Below are positions 13,288-27,119 of a stretch of 64,000 bases of DNA, in pieces. This DNA comes from Lingula anatina (lineage: Eukaryota; Animalia; Brachiopoda): positions 25,426,401-25,490,400 of the forward strand of contig CM120641.1 of assembly GCA_051362555.1 (NCBI GenBank), in the 5' to 3' direction. Position numbers and translations under genes: made by a program. The first letter of the stretch is position 1, and each line of letters opens with the position of its first letter. Under the pieces are notes generated by a model that worked only from the letters and a program-made list of their open reading frames with translations, was not told the origin of the DNA and did no database searches.

Positions 13288-16200
13288 TTACTTCCTAGTA
13301 CTCAGAGTCATAGTATACCAGAGAAAACTTTGGGGAAATTATATGAATCCTGAAAATTAAAATTTCACATAATAGATAAAAATGTACTGGTATGACAGAT
13401 TCTGAAATACGAGAAATAATACACAAAGCATGCATCTATACAAATTGTGAAAAGACTGCTAAGTCTGTACATGAGACAATTAGACTACAACCTTACATTC
13501 ATCCTAAATCAGTGAATGTGTATATGCACGTACCTCTCCCCCGCCACCCCCCCCCCTTCCCAAAGAAAAACCACGAAGTTTCATGATGCGTTAGCACTCC
13601 ATACATATTTACGGTTTTTGATATGCGCTATAGGTGCTTCTCCCCTGCGGCCTCTAATACACATGTATTTAAAAGAAATAGCACGAAAGTCATGCGTTGG
13701 CACTCCTAAATATTGACGATATGCCGTATATGCTACCCCCTGTAAGTACTAGTGATGTACAGTACGTACTGGTACTCCCCCCCCTCCCCCACTCCCGACA
13801 CTTTCGTTCACCAATGCAGCAATTGTACACAGGTTGAATTCTTACTTTTATCACATAAGGCTGGATACATTGCTCACGTTTGTCTTCAAGTCTAAGCCAA
13901 ACTCGTACACCGTTAAAGGCAAGAGCTAGGTGTAGTACTTGTTGTGCACTGGCCGCTTGTACGTTTTCCCATTAGGTCACAAACCACTATTAAAAATCCC
14001 ATTCACTTCCATTGTGACGTTTAATTCTCTTAAAAATACTTTCCATGCTTCAACAAACACAACACTTCAGGTTTAAACTGTACTTCTACTCAAGGCAATA
14101 TAAAAAAATCTGGGTACCCGTAAGGTGCTGCCGCCAGTCGGTCAAAATAAGCACTAAAATGCAGCAGGGGGGGGGGGGGGGGCATATAAAACTGGCCCCA
14201 GGCAGTAAAATTTCACCTTGATATGAAAAATAACACATCAAATAAAAGGCAAATGAACAAATTTATTTCTAAAATTTATTTCAAAATTTTCAAATGATCC
14301 AAAATTGAAAAATAAACTCATTTTTCTCTTATATGCAAATCTTCTTGCTTCAAACCAATAGTATATATATGTAAAAAGATGCGAGTGTGTGTTCCATTGT
14401 TTTTAAGAATGCACATCCTTTTTTGTTCATGTTTTAAATAAATGACCCATATAAACGTAGATTAATGCTACTTATTATTATAATAATGATTTTTAAGGTT
14501 TAATATATCATATTTAAAGCCCATCTATACTCCTCACTAACTGGTCTTGGTCAGCATTTGACTCTGTGTTTCTTTCTTTCAAGATGTTCTCATGAGGAAA
14601 CTGTTCCAGGGTAGATGCAGACAGAGAGGGTGCACCACATAATCCTTGCACTTGTAAAGACATTTACTTCCTAGTACTCAGAGTCATAGTGACCAGAGAA
14701 AACTTTGGGGAAATTATATGAATCCTGAAAATTAACATTTCACATAATGGATAAAAATGTACTGGTATGACAGATTCTGAAATACGAGAAATAATACACA
14801 AAGCATGCATCTATACAAATTGTGAAAAGACTGCTAAGTCTGTACATGAGACAATTAGACTACAACCTTACATTCATCCTAAATCAGTGAATGTGTATGC
14901 ACGTACCTCTCCCCCGCCACCCCCCCCCCCCTTCCCAAAGAAAAACCACGAAATTTCATGATGCGTTAGCACTCCATACATATTTACGGTTTTTGATATG
15001 CGCTATAGGTGCTTCTCCCCTGCGGCCTCTAATACACTTGTATTTAAAAGAAATAGCACGAAAGTCATGCGTTGGCACTCCTAAATATTGACGATATGCT
15101 GTATATGCTACATTGTACCCCCTGTAAGTACTAGTGATGTACAGTACGTACTGGTACACCCCCCCCCCCCTCCCCCACTCCCGACACTTTCGTTCACCAA
15201 TGCAGCAATTGTACACAGGTTGAATTCTTACTTTTATCACATAAGGCTGGATACATTGCCCACGTTTGTCTTCAAGTCTAAGCCAAACTCGTACACCGTT
15301 AAAGGCAAGAGCTAGGTGTAGTACTTGTTGTGCACTGGCCGCTTGTACGTTTTCCCATTAGGTCACATACCACTATTAAAAATTCCATTCACTTCCATTG
15401 TGACGTTTAATTCTCTTAAAAATACTTTCCATGCTTCAACAAACACAACACTTCAGGTTTAAACTGTACTTCTACTCAAGGCAAAAATAAAAAATCTGGG
15501 TACCCGTAAGGTGCTGCCGCCAGTCGGTCAAAATAAGTACTAAAATGCAGCAGGGGGGGGGGGCATATAAAACTGGCCCCAGGCAGTAAAATTTCACCTT
15601 AATATGAAAAATAACACATCAAATAAAAGGCAAATGAACAAATTTATTTCTAAAATTTATTTCAAAATTTTCAAATGATCCAAAATTGAAAAATAAACTC
15701 ATTTTTCTCTTATATGCAAATCTTCTTGCTTCAAACCAATAGTATATATATGTAAAAAGATGCGAGTGTGTGTTCCATTGTTTTTAAGAATGCACATCCT
15801 TTTTTTTCATGTTTTAAATAAATGACCCATATAAACGTAGATTAATGCTACTTATTATTATAATAATGATTTTAAGGTTTAATATATCATATTTAAAGCC
15901 CATCTATACTCCTCACTAACTGGTCTTGGTCAGCATTTGACTCTGTGTTTCTTTCTTTCAAGATGTTCTCATGAGGAAACTGTTCCAGGGTAGATGCAGA
16001 CAGAGAGGGTGCGCCGCATAATCCTTGCACTTGTAAATACATTTACTTCCTAGAACTCAGAGCCATAGTGACCAGAGAAAACTTTGGAGAAATTATATGA
16101 ATCCTGAAAATTAACATTTCACATAATGTACTGCATGGTATGACAGATTCTGAAATACGAGAAATAATACACAAAGCATGCATCTATACAAATTGTGAAA

Positions 16201-18121
16201 AGACTAAGTCTGTATGAGACAATTAGACTACAACCTTACATTCATCCTAAATCAGTGAATGTGTATATGCACGTACCCCCCCCACCCCCCTTCCCAAAGA
16301 AAAAACCACGAAGTTTCATGATGCGTTAGTATCCATACATATTTATGGTTTTTTATATGCGCAATAAGTGCTTCTCCCCTCCGGCCTCTAATACACTATT
16401 TAAAAGAAATAGCACGAAAGTCATGCGTTGGCACTCCTAAATATTGACGATATTCTGTGCTACCCCCTGTAAGTACAAGTGATGTACGTACTCCCCCCCC
16501 TCCCCCACTCCCGACACTTTCGTTCACCAATGCAGCAATTGTACACAGGTTGAATTCTAACTTTAATCACATAGGGCTGGATACATTGCTCACGTTTGTC
16601 TTCAAGTCTAAGCCAAACTCGTACACCGTTAAAGGCAAGAGCTAGGTGTAGTAGCCTACTTGTTGTGCACTGGCCGCTTGCACGTTTTCCCATTAGGTCA
16701 CAAACCACTATTAAAAATCCCATTCACTTCCATCGTGACGTTTAATTCTCTTAAAAATACTTTCCATGCTTCAACAAACACAACACTTCAGGTTTAAATA
16801 CTTCTACTCAAGGCAATATAAAAAAATCTGGGTACATTAATAAATGGCATAGCCTTCCAGTGACAATGACACGACCCGTAAGGTGCTGCCGCCAGTCGGT
16901 CAAAATAAGCACTAAAATGCAGCAGGAGGGAGGACATGTAAAACTGGCCCCAGGCAGTAAAATTTCACCTTGATATGAAAAATAACACATCAAATAAAAG
17001 GTAAATGAACAAATTTATTTTAAAATTTATTTCAAAATTTTCAAATGATCCAAAATTGAAAAATAAACTCATTTTTCTCTTATATGCAAATCTTCTTGCT
17101 TCAAACCAATAGTATATATATAAAAAGATGCGTGTGTGTGTTCCATTGTTTTTAAGAATGCACATCCTTTTTTCATGTTTTAAATAAATGACCCATTTTA
17201 ACATAGATTAATGCTACTTATTAAACCTTAGAAATCATTATTATAATAATATCTCATATTTAAAGCCCATATTAAAGAATAGCCTACTCAGGATTTTCAT
17301 GTCACATTGATTTTTTTAAGGCAATTTTTTTACTGACAATCATTGCTCAGCCTTTCCATACACTCAGGTTGATTTTTCATAACATTTTTATCTCAGTACT
17401 GTAATTCTAATAATATAATGATTGGTTATATTTTCCTTTAATTTTCAGATGGAAACAAAGACATCTGGTACTTTTATTTGAGGAGTTTTACCTTTTTTAT
17501 AAGGAGTTTGTAAAGGTCTGGATAGGGAAGATAAGAAGATTTGCAAGATATGTAGACATAAAAAGTAAAGAAATTATATATCTCTTTATCTAAAGTCCTT
17601 CCAAGACAAAAATAGAGTGGACAATAAACAGGATTTTTTCAGTGACAATAATTGTGATAAATACTCATCTTGCAAACAACACTCACACGTTTTTATAATT
17701 TCTTTATTGTAAGAATGAACCTGTAACACAATATACCTGGTCACAAGATTGACCACATCAAGTATGTGACATACTTTTAATAAAATAAGTATCATAAAAT
17801 TATCAATTATGAATTATGATATTGTTAATGCAGGCAGAAGAATTTTTTGAGATTGAATGAAGAATGAAGAAATGCCAATCAGAGAGCAATATATGAAATT
17901 CAGCAAAATTTCAGCTGAAGTGGACGGACTGCTTGACTAATGACGTGATTCAATCTTTTTTACATATATGAGGTTGTAAAAAAAGTTACAAAAAAGAACT
18001 TCAAATGTCAAGAGATAATTCTGTTAAAGTAACAGATTCTTTGATTAAAATGCCCTTGTTCACTATCCACAAGTCGCTGGACTAATTCAAAGATCAAAGT
18101 CATTAAACATCTAGTTCTCTG

Positions 18122-19269
18122 TCAAGCAGCAGTTGGATCCGAATCTTTGACTTCACTGGCTTCCCACTCATTGATTAGTTCTGAGGAAACCTCTGTGAAT
18201 AATTGGTCCCAGTCCCACGGTTTATCCTCCTGTTGAAAATGAGATGACAGGTATTTTTTAAATACTACAACTCCTACTTATTCAACACTTCCTCCTTCAA
18301 AGATATGCCTTTATTAATTTTAAAAAGCTTTATTAAATGAAATCTTTTATTTATTCATTCATTTATTTTGTGAATTTTGTAAATTTGCAAATTAATTCTA
18401 CTGAAATATTTCACATTATATAGATAGATCCAGTAACAGTTTTCATATCTTGAATAGTCTTACCTCAATGACTTCAGATTCTGCTGATAAAACTTTGGTC
18501 AGTAATTTGAGATCAATCTCATTATCCTAGGGAGAAAAAAAACACAATCAAAAAGTCTCTTTTCAACATTGCTGGCTTTTAAGACATAAAAGATAGAGGC
18601 TGAATGAACAAGTCAAAACTACAATACCGAACAATTTAGATGAATTCTAATATTTTTAAGCAATTATGAGTAATAAAGTGATGCCATATATCTTATAGGT
18701 TCTGGTGCAGGTGCTTTTAATATCTTTCACATTCTAATGCCAATCATAATAAGTTAATCCTTTTTAGAAATCAATATAACAAATTTATATCACACAAATA
18801 TAAACAAAAACAAGTTCAAAAATCACAAGAAAATCAATACAGCATCTTAAAAGATTAAGACAGCAACCTTGGTCAGTAACTAATCACTTTATTTTGAGGT
18901 AGGAAGTGGTATATTCAATAAATGAAATTCCAAATGAGGCAAAACATTTAACAGACATAGAAAACATTCTGTCATAGTCAGGACATAGTGAAGTCACTCG
19001 TTTTCTTTCTTTTTTTTTTTCAGAGTTTTACAGCACAACAGTAGAAAAAATCAAAACAGTATAAATGAATGACAGGGAATGAAATAAAGCAAAAGGGGGT
19101 AGATCATGGAGTCTCCACACAGGGTTGCATCAATGCCTACCATTTTGTAAAACTGAAATTTTCAACAAATGCTGATCAAATATCTGTGAATCTCACACAG
19201 TGCATAAGTAAAAAGATATAACATATTTAATTTCTCCAATCTCTGAGAAATCAAGTTGAAACTGTTTAA

Positions 19270-19340
<71 letters not shown>

Positions 19341-22300
19341 TACTCAAAAATCTCTGAAATGCAATGCAGATACAAGCTGACTGCCTGTTATGAATGTATA
19401 AGTTAAAACATTTCCAAAAATTTAACATATATCATGCGTAAATTTACTTTGACAAAAGATCAATGTTGACATCAGGTTTCACTCAAACTTATAATGGGCA
19501 AACCTGGCCCTTATGTCCAAAATAAGGCAGACTGGATTAGTGGACTATGTCTGGTTCTACAATGGAGGAGTTTATGCCCAAAAGTCCACTGGGAAAAGAA
19601 TTAAATTTGACCTTTTTGACAATATAGAAGAAAAAATAAAGAAGTATCGTGGCTCATAATCCACCTACATGTACAATGTAAATAGTAGACTGAATACAGT
19701 GTACTTATGAACTGTGGTAAACGAAATAACTGTAACTTTTTGCTTCTTCTACCTGAACAATACACTGTGTTTAATTTACCAATAATGTAATATAGAAGCC
19801 ATATGTATATTTATTGTACGTAATATTTTTCAGATTACTTTCTCCTTGATGACTATTATCTGGTTGGCTGACACAGCTTGAGCTGCAAGACCTGAGTAGA
19901 CATCACTCCGGTTGTACTGTATCTATTATGTCCCCTGTGCAAGGGTATAGAAATTATTCATTCATGCGTGTGTGTGTGATTGTGTATGCTTGCGTAAAAT
20001 TATGGTTGGTAGCACATTACTATGAGATGCTCACTGTTAGCTTCCTATCTTTGTTCTATTGTGAAGAAAGGCACACTCTTACATGTATATCACGGCATGT
20101 TAGATTTAGGAATGTCAAACTAGAATACTTCTCTCAGTCATACTATCATTGCTGTACTCGAGCATATTCTCTTTCAATAACATAAAAAATGTACCTAATC
20201 ATCGTATGCCCGTGAATAGCAGTGTATTATGTTTACTAACAGGATTTTTTTTTTTTTTACCACTTAGCATGAATTCAATTAAGATCGCTTCTATTAACTG
20301 TCAAGGCCTGAGAGACTCTACAAAGAGAAGAGATATTTTTCACTTCTACAGATCAAAGAAATATCATATAGTATGTTTGCAGGATACCCATTTTGACAGT
20401 CATGAAGAAAAAAGGATCTTATCAGAATGGGGTTACAAAGCATATTTTAATTTCTTTTCTACTAACTCTCGGGGTGTTGTAATTTTAATAAATAATAATT
20501 TTGAATTCGAGTACCTTAAGGAATTTAAAACAAACGACGGCAATCTTTTAGCTCTTGATGTAAATATAGAAAAAAAAAAGATTCACATTAATCAACATTT
20601 ATGGCCCGAACAGGGATACTCCAGATTTTTATGAACAGGTACGAGATATAATAATAGACTTTAATAATGAAAATTTCTTGATCTGTGGTGACTTTAATCT
20701 TACTTTAAACCCTGATATAGACACAGAAAATTATGCAAATGTGAATAACCCCAGAGCTAGGCAAAAATTACTTGAAGTTATGAATGACCTAAATATAATT
20801 GACTATTTCAGACTTCTCTACCCTGACGAGAGGAGATTCACATGGAGAAGAAGGAATCCCAGAAGGCAGGCTAGACTAGATTTCTTTTTAATTGCGGATA
20901 ACCTTCAAAATTCAGTTTCTAATATTTCTATTAAGGCATCATACCGATCTGATCATTCACCCGTAATTTTAGAATTAAAGCTAAATAAATTTATTAAGGG
21001 CAAAGGCACTTGGGTATTTAACAGTTCCCTCTTAAAAGATGAGGATTATGTGAGTAAAGTGAAGGACATAATTAAGAGAACAAAAGTTCAATATGCAGTT
21101 CCGGTGTACGCCGAAGAAAATATTACAGAAATTCCAAACGAACAAATATCTTTCACTATTGATGACTCCTTATTTTTAGAAATGCTTTTAATGGAAATTA
21201 GAGGAATGACAATTTCCCATTCCTCTTTCAAGAAAAAACAAAGGGACAGGCAAGAATTAGAACTAGAAAGAGAAATTTATGTAATGGAAATGAACCACCC
21301 AAATGAAAATTCTTTGGACGAACTTGAGGCTAAGAGGGAGGCGTTGAAAAATATCAGACAAGAAAAACTAAAAGGAGTCCTCGTCCGAGCAAAATGCAGA
21401 TGGATTGAGGAAGGAGAGAAGCCTACGAAATATTTTTGTTCACTTGAATCCAGAAATTATGTCAATAAAACTATTCAGAATTTAGAACTACCAGACGGAA
21501 CAACAATATTTGATCAAAAACTTATACTAAATGAAGCAAAGTTATTTTATGAACGCCTTTACTCGTCAAAAACTAATCAATTAGAAGAGGTAGACCTAGA
21601 ATTATTTTTTGCAAATTTAGATGTCCCCAAATTAAGCGAGCCTGATAAGGAATATTTACAAACCGAAATTACCTCAAAGGAACTTTTGAGGGTGCTGAAA
21701 AAAATGAAAAATAACAAATCGCCTGGATCTGATGGCTTTACTGCAGAGTTTTATAAATTTTTTTGGAATGATTTACATAGTTTTATAATTAGAGCAGTTA
21801 ATGAAATTTTCATCAATGAGAAAATGATGGCGAGTCAAAATCTTGGGATTATTACCTGTATTCCAAAAGCCGATAAAATCAGAAAATTTATAAAAAATTG
21901 GAGGCCTATAACCCTTTTAAATGTTATTTACAAGATGATCTCGGGCTGCATAGCAGAAAGAATGAAACTCTATCTTGATAAAATTATTTCTAATTCTCAG
22001 TCCGGGTTTATTGCCGGAAGATATATTGGGGAAAATACAAGATTAATTTATGATCTAATGCATATCGCAGAAAAGAAAAATATTCCTGCTTTACCCATTC
22101 TTATCGATTTTGAAAAGGCCTTTGATTCTGTAGATTGGGGCTTTATTGATAAAGTTTTAGACTTTTTTTAATTTTGGGGAAACTATAAAAAGGTGGTTTC
22201 ATATCCTTAATTATGATAGCAAGGCCTCTGTTACACAAAACGGCCACTTGTCGGAGCCTTTCAAAATTTCGAGGGGCTGTCGTCAAGGGGACCCCTTGTC

Positions 22301-25300
22301 TCCCTATATCTTTCTGCTTTGTGCTGAGATTCTCGCAATCATGATAAAGAATAATAAAGATATTTGCGGAATAAAACTTGGTGACACCGAATTTAAAATA
22401 ACCCAGTATGCTGATGACACCACCCTTATATTAGATGGTAATAGGTCTTCTTTCTTAGAATCTTTCCGTACATTAGACTATTTCTCAAAAATTTCAGGTC
22501 TCCATATCAACAATAGCAAGACTAAACCAGTGTGGATTGGCTCAAGAAAATATAGTCGGGAAGTTTTTCACCACGTTAGATGGAAACTTGATTGGGGTTC
22601 GACTCAATTTAATCTCTTAGGTATAGAATTCTCGGTAAATTTAAACGATATGGTCACTTTAAACTTTGATAAACAAATCCCGAAGGTAGAGGGTATGATT
22701 CGGCATTGGAATAGAAGAATACTTACCCCTATTGGTAGAATTACTATCTTAAAAACCCTTATCATCCCAATGCTGAACCATCTTTTCATTTCTCTGCCAA
22801 ATCCAGATCCAGTATTCATAAAAAAACTAAGTTCCATTTTTTTCCAATTCATTTGGGGTAGCAAAATTGATAAGGTAAAGAGAGGTCAGATAGTAAAGGA
22901 TTATGAATATGGTGGCCTAAAAATGACAGACTTAAGTAAATTCATAATGGCATTAAAATGTACATGGATAAGAAGACTATACCTTAAAAATAACGTTTAT
23001 AACACTATTCTCCAGAGCACCTTTGATTTACAATCTATTTGGAATATATTTGACTATGGAAATGATTATTTAGATATACTCTTACGCAATTGCAATAACA
23101 GGTTTTGGAAAGATGTCATTATCTCCTGGAAAGATTTAACATACGGTATAGAAGATATGAATAGCAATATTGCTCTTGAACCTCTGTGGTATAATAGAAA
23201 AGTAAAATTGGGTGGGGTATCAATATTGGACAAAGAATGGTACAATAAGGGTATAAGAATAATTGGCGATCTTTTCAACGAAGGAAAATTTTTAACCAAA
23301 GCTGAACTGGAAAGGAAATTTGGATTTCAAAGAGTATGTGATCTAAAATATTTTGGAATACGTAACAGTTTAAAATGTAGGCTAAAAGAAAAGAACAATG
23401 AAGAAATTTTTGAAGATATTTTATTTCCTTATGTTCCTCAGCCGGTTCAGCTACTTATAAAGAGTCGAAATGGGTGTAAAGATTTCTATCAGGCTCTCAT
23501 GAGTGAAGCTCCTGAAAACTTGGTACACGAAAGGAAATGGAACCTAGATCTAAATATAAATATCACTTGGAAGTATGTTTACGAGAATTGTTTCTATGTT
23601 ACACGAGAAACAAAACTTCAATGGTTCCAATATAGAATAATTTTTAGAATCTTACCAGTTAGGTCATACCTGAAAAGAATTGGTATTGAGGTGTCAGAGA
23701 AATGCTTTATCTGTGGAGCGGAGAGGGAAGATTTGCGACATGTATTTTTAAATTGCTATCGAATAAGAAACATTTGGACTGAAATGGAACGCTTGATTGC
23801 TAACAAAACTGATGAAAGAATTACACTCTATGATGAAAATATACTTTTTGGAGTATCCAAAACAAATTTCAAGCCTCTAAATTACATTATTCTTGTCTCC
23901 AAATTTTATATATATACTTGTTTTAAAAGAAAAATGCAGCCCACCTTCCCTTCCCTTCTCTTATATATCAAAACAAAATTCGAATTAGAAAAATATGTTT
24001 CTCAAAAAAATCTTCAATTAGGCCATTTTCTTACAGAGTGGAGAACCTGGGATTCTATTTTTGACTAGTTTCTCCACTTATAAATTTACCTTACTTTTTC
24101 GCTAATTTCTTATGTGAAATGTAAAATGTTGGTATCTTGTTATGTGCAGCATCACTTGTAATATACTGTTTCGTACGTAGTCCGGCTATCTACATGTTTA
24201 CTTAATGTATAATGAATGTCTTGTGTGTGTTATTGTGTGTGTGTGTGTGTTAGTGTGTGTGTCTACATATGTATTTTTGTTTGTCTTTTTGTGAATAAAA
24301 AAAAAATAAAAAAAAAATAAATAAATAAAATTAAATGGGCAAACAGCCAAGCAGATGTCTAGATAGTAGACTGCTTAATAACATGGGATAAAAAGGGTCT
24401 AAGGAGCAATATTGCTTCCTGTGTGATCTTACAGGCAAGTTGTGTCAACTTTGTTATTTTAAGTCTAAGTCAATCCTGATGTGACCACTGCCTTGGTGCC
24501 ATGATACTTACTAGAGTCTGGAATGCTGCATGTCTGAGAAGGTCATTGTCTAGTTCCCTGTATGTTGCTACTCTGTTCACTTTGCTGAATGGTAGAGAAA
24601 ATTAACACCAATTTATATAATATCAACATTGCTTTAAGATAAACGTTTTATACAACTGACTTGGGTGGAGGTCTACATCTTCTTTTGCATGTCTCAGAAA
24701 CATGATATAATTGGTCTTTTGTCAATAGTGAATTTTATCAGACCTCATATTCTCTGATATAAGATCATATTCTATGCTTATTATATAATAATCCATAACA
24801 TCTATATATGCTGTACTGTAAATCACTGATTTGCAAGCAAATTTTACCACTGGAGAGAGCAACAGACTTAGTGTACCAACAATACCTGAGCTATTTTCAA
24901 ATATCTTTAAGTATAATTCACTCTAAAAAACCACTTAGGCACATACTTGGGTGCAAGTGCTACTTGTGTGGTGATATCTTCTTCCTGCACATCATCCAGG
25001 TCTGGAATCACTGGTATATCTGAAATTATAAGATTTAGTTCAATCAGTATTCAAGGCATGAGTATTTTTACTACAATCAAGACAGGGTGACCTACAGTGC
25101 TTTTCAACATGTGTAGATCTAGATGTAGATGTAGAGAGAAATGTCAGACCTTGTCGTTATGATAAAACTTATCAATGTTTTTCATTCAACAGCTAATTGC
25201 CATTTTAGTTTCTAAAAATTGAATCTACTCGTCTTTTTACACAGGTTATTTTAGACATTTTAGACATATCTTCATTCTGTTTTCCTATATAAATGTTTTT

Positions 25301-25900
25301 TTTTAAGTGTGTTTCAAAAAGTAATCAAAAATTTTCTTAACTCACCATTATCTGAATCTTCTCTTTCAGGACTGTAGCTCTGTCGTAACCTCTCACTGGA
25401 ATAAAAACAATACTTATAAAGAATATAACAAAGAAGTCAATATAGCTGTTACACTTACTGAAAAATAATTGTTAAAACATCCTTTGAAAGCATTCAGAAA
25501 ACATTAACTTATTAGCAGGAAAATCAATGGTGAACCAAAGAAAATCAGATTTTCATATCAAAGTGCATATTATTTGGGGAATAAATCATGGAAGTTAACT
25601 TATTATGAGAAACAATTAATTTGTCTACTTCTAAGCAGAACTTACTCTTCAATAAATTCTTCTTGTATTCCATGCCTTCTGCAATTCATAAGAAAAAATT
25701 GTTTGAATAGAAATGAAATCTATTGCTTCACTGCTGGCTGCAAAAATGGTAGCTGATTAAAGGCACCATTGGGCAGTGAAGTAATCAAATATTTCATTAA
25801 AACAAATGATGTGAGAACAGGTTGAATAAGAAACAGTGCAACCCATTCTCCTCAAACATGAAACCACACACACATGCACACATGTATGCACGCAAGCATA

Positions 25901-25939
<39 letters not shown>

Positions 25940-26399
25940 CAACAACAACAACCCTAAAACAAACATACCAAAAACAATATTCTTGGGTTCCAAAATCATT
26001 TAATATCACAATGTATATAAATACATTATAATTTTATACGATTTAACTATAATAATTGCTTATGACAAAGCTGACACAGGAATAGATAAAATTACAGTGG
26101 ACAGAAGGAGGGCGGCCTTTATACTCCTTACCTTCCTTTTGGTTGTTTAGAAGGTCCTATATCATCACCCCAACCAGACATTCTGCGTGACGGCTTTGGG
26201 GGAGAAGCAGACTCCTATAAACAAGTCAATATAAATTTCCATAGAAATTAACATAGACTTGACACATAAGAAGCAAATATACTTATAAATTCCATATACT
26301 GGCAAAGTTCTTCAATATTTTAGAGACCGATATTTGTGTATAAAAAAAAAAATCAGTTTTTATATGTCAAATTGTAAGGAATCAAACTACTACTGAGCA

Positions 26400-26438
<39 letters not shown>

Positions 26439-27111
26439 CTATACTCTTGGCATAAAATGTTCTGAATTTCTGTTAATTACTTTAACTTCTACTGGCAAAT
26501 ATTCCACTATTTAAATTCCTAAGGCTTAGGCTTTAACACAATAAACCCAACTTACATACCTGAAGAGGGACTCCTCCATTCAGATCAGCACTATCATCCA
26601 TGATATCTGGTGACATAGGAACTTCATCTTTGGGAGGAGTAGCAGGTCTAGCACGCCTGCCTTTTCGTGCGCTACTCTATAATAAATAAAAAGAAAGATT
26701 TAACTCTAGAAAGATGTTTCAGGGAAATTGAACAGAAGAATGTTGATCTCGAGAAACTGATCTTTTAATAATCTGAGCAAGATGAGCTTAGATCTATCCT
26801 TCCTGCTATTTACATTGCGTATAAAATTACTGAGTTACTGTGCCTGTTGAATATCAAAATACACAAATATGAATGATAATTAAATGATGATTATTATGAA
26901 TAATCTCAGACTAAATGATTGCGTGCACTCTTACAATTTCACTCCAACCAAGTACCGCATACTACATCTACTGTATAATAATTCACATAGTAAATAATCG
27001 ATAAAATTGAGATGACTTAGTAACCCAAGGGTTATACGTAGCATTACAGCATCCTTGGCACATATACGTTACCTTCTTCTTAGATGACAGCCCTACATCG
27101 TCTTCGTCCAT
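18122..27111 (-). CDS. IFT43: Intraflagellar transport protein 43, 9 coding exons, ~212 aa
   Basis: Exons 27111-27073, 26676-26560, 26214-26132, 25678-25646, 25395-25346, 25019-24947, 24584-24512, 18526-18464 and 18229-18122. All GT-AG with consistent phases. Motifs DIPVIPDLDDVQEED, RVATYRELDNDL, EIDLKLLTKVL and WDWDQLFTEVSSE. Confidence 0.93.
19272..19337. repeat. (TA)n microsatellite
   Basis: Direct reading; absent at the homologous sites in B1 and B2. Confidence 0.97.
19504..19659 (+). pseudogene. C-terminal remnant of LINE ORF1
   Basis: Frame open from the first base of the element: LALMSKIRQTGLVDYVWFYNGGVYAQKSTGKRIKFDLFDNIEEKIKKYRGS*. Followed by a ~610 nt spacer before ORF2. Confidence 0.6.
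20269..24068 (+). pseudogene. LINE ORF2 (APE endonuclease, reverse transcriptase, C-terminal CCHC zinc finger) split by two +1 frameshifts
   Basis: APE motifs SINCQGL, CLQDTH, GDFN and SDH. RT motifs KSPGSDG, WRPITLLN, DFEKAFDSV, RQGDPLSP and YADD. Zinc finger CFIC...HVFLNC. Frameshifts lie in the A run at 20570-20579 and the T run at 22163-22169. Confidence 0.95.
25904..25951. repeat. (CA)n followed by (CAA)n microsatellite
   Basis: Direct reading. Confidence 0.95.
26399..26438. repeat. (ATT)n microsatellite
   Basis: Direct reading. Confidence 0.95.
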
Positions 27112-27119
27112 TTTAACAA

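Larger units (their letters stand above)
1..17270. repeat. Eight copies of a ~1.37 kb 'A' unit (JMJD4 upstream region + putative non-coding exon + intron + 5' half of coding exon)
   Basis: Near-identical blocks at about 1-1704, 1705-3098, 5692-6737 (partial), 6738-8328, 8329-9721, 13149-14524, 14525-15903 and 15904-17270. A/A junctions read aagccCATctata(c/g)t, a CAT microhomology. Confidence 0.95.
19504..24333 (+). mobile_element. 5'-truncated L1/Tx1-clade non-LTR retrotransposon in IFT43 intron 7, antisense to the host
   Basis: TSD AATGGGCAAAC at 19493-19503 and 24334-24344. AATAAA and A-rich tail at ~24294-24330. Empty sites in B1 (~5263) and B2 (~11984). Confidence 0.95.
3099..24650. repeat. 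Three copies of a ~2.4 kb 'B' block (IFT43 exons 7-9 and 3' flank)
   Basis: Homologous blocks at ~3099-5585, ~9722-12468 and ~17271-19503 plus 24345-24650 (the last split by the LINE). Confidence 0.95.

Noticed and set aside
214-17204. Recurrent short ORFs (MTDSEIREII..., MGFLIVV..., MLKWVIY...) as a small-protein family
   Set aside because: They recur only because the DNA is duplicated. Frames shift freely between copies at C runs and no domain is recognisable.
1-17270. Repeat array as CRISPR or a tandem snRNA/rRNA cluster
   Set aside because: Units are kb-sized gene fragments with no repeat-spacer pattern, and I recognised no structured RNA gene in them.
22604-23299. Antisense ORFs within LINE ORF2
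   Set aside because: Shadow frames of a long coding region; no motifs.
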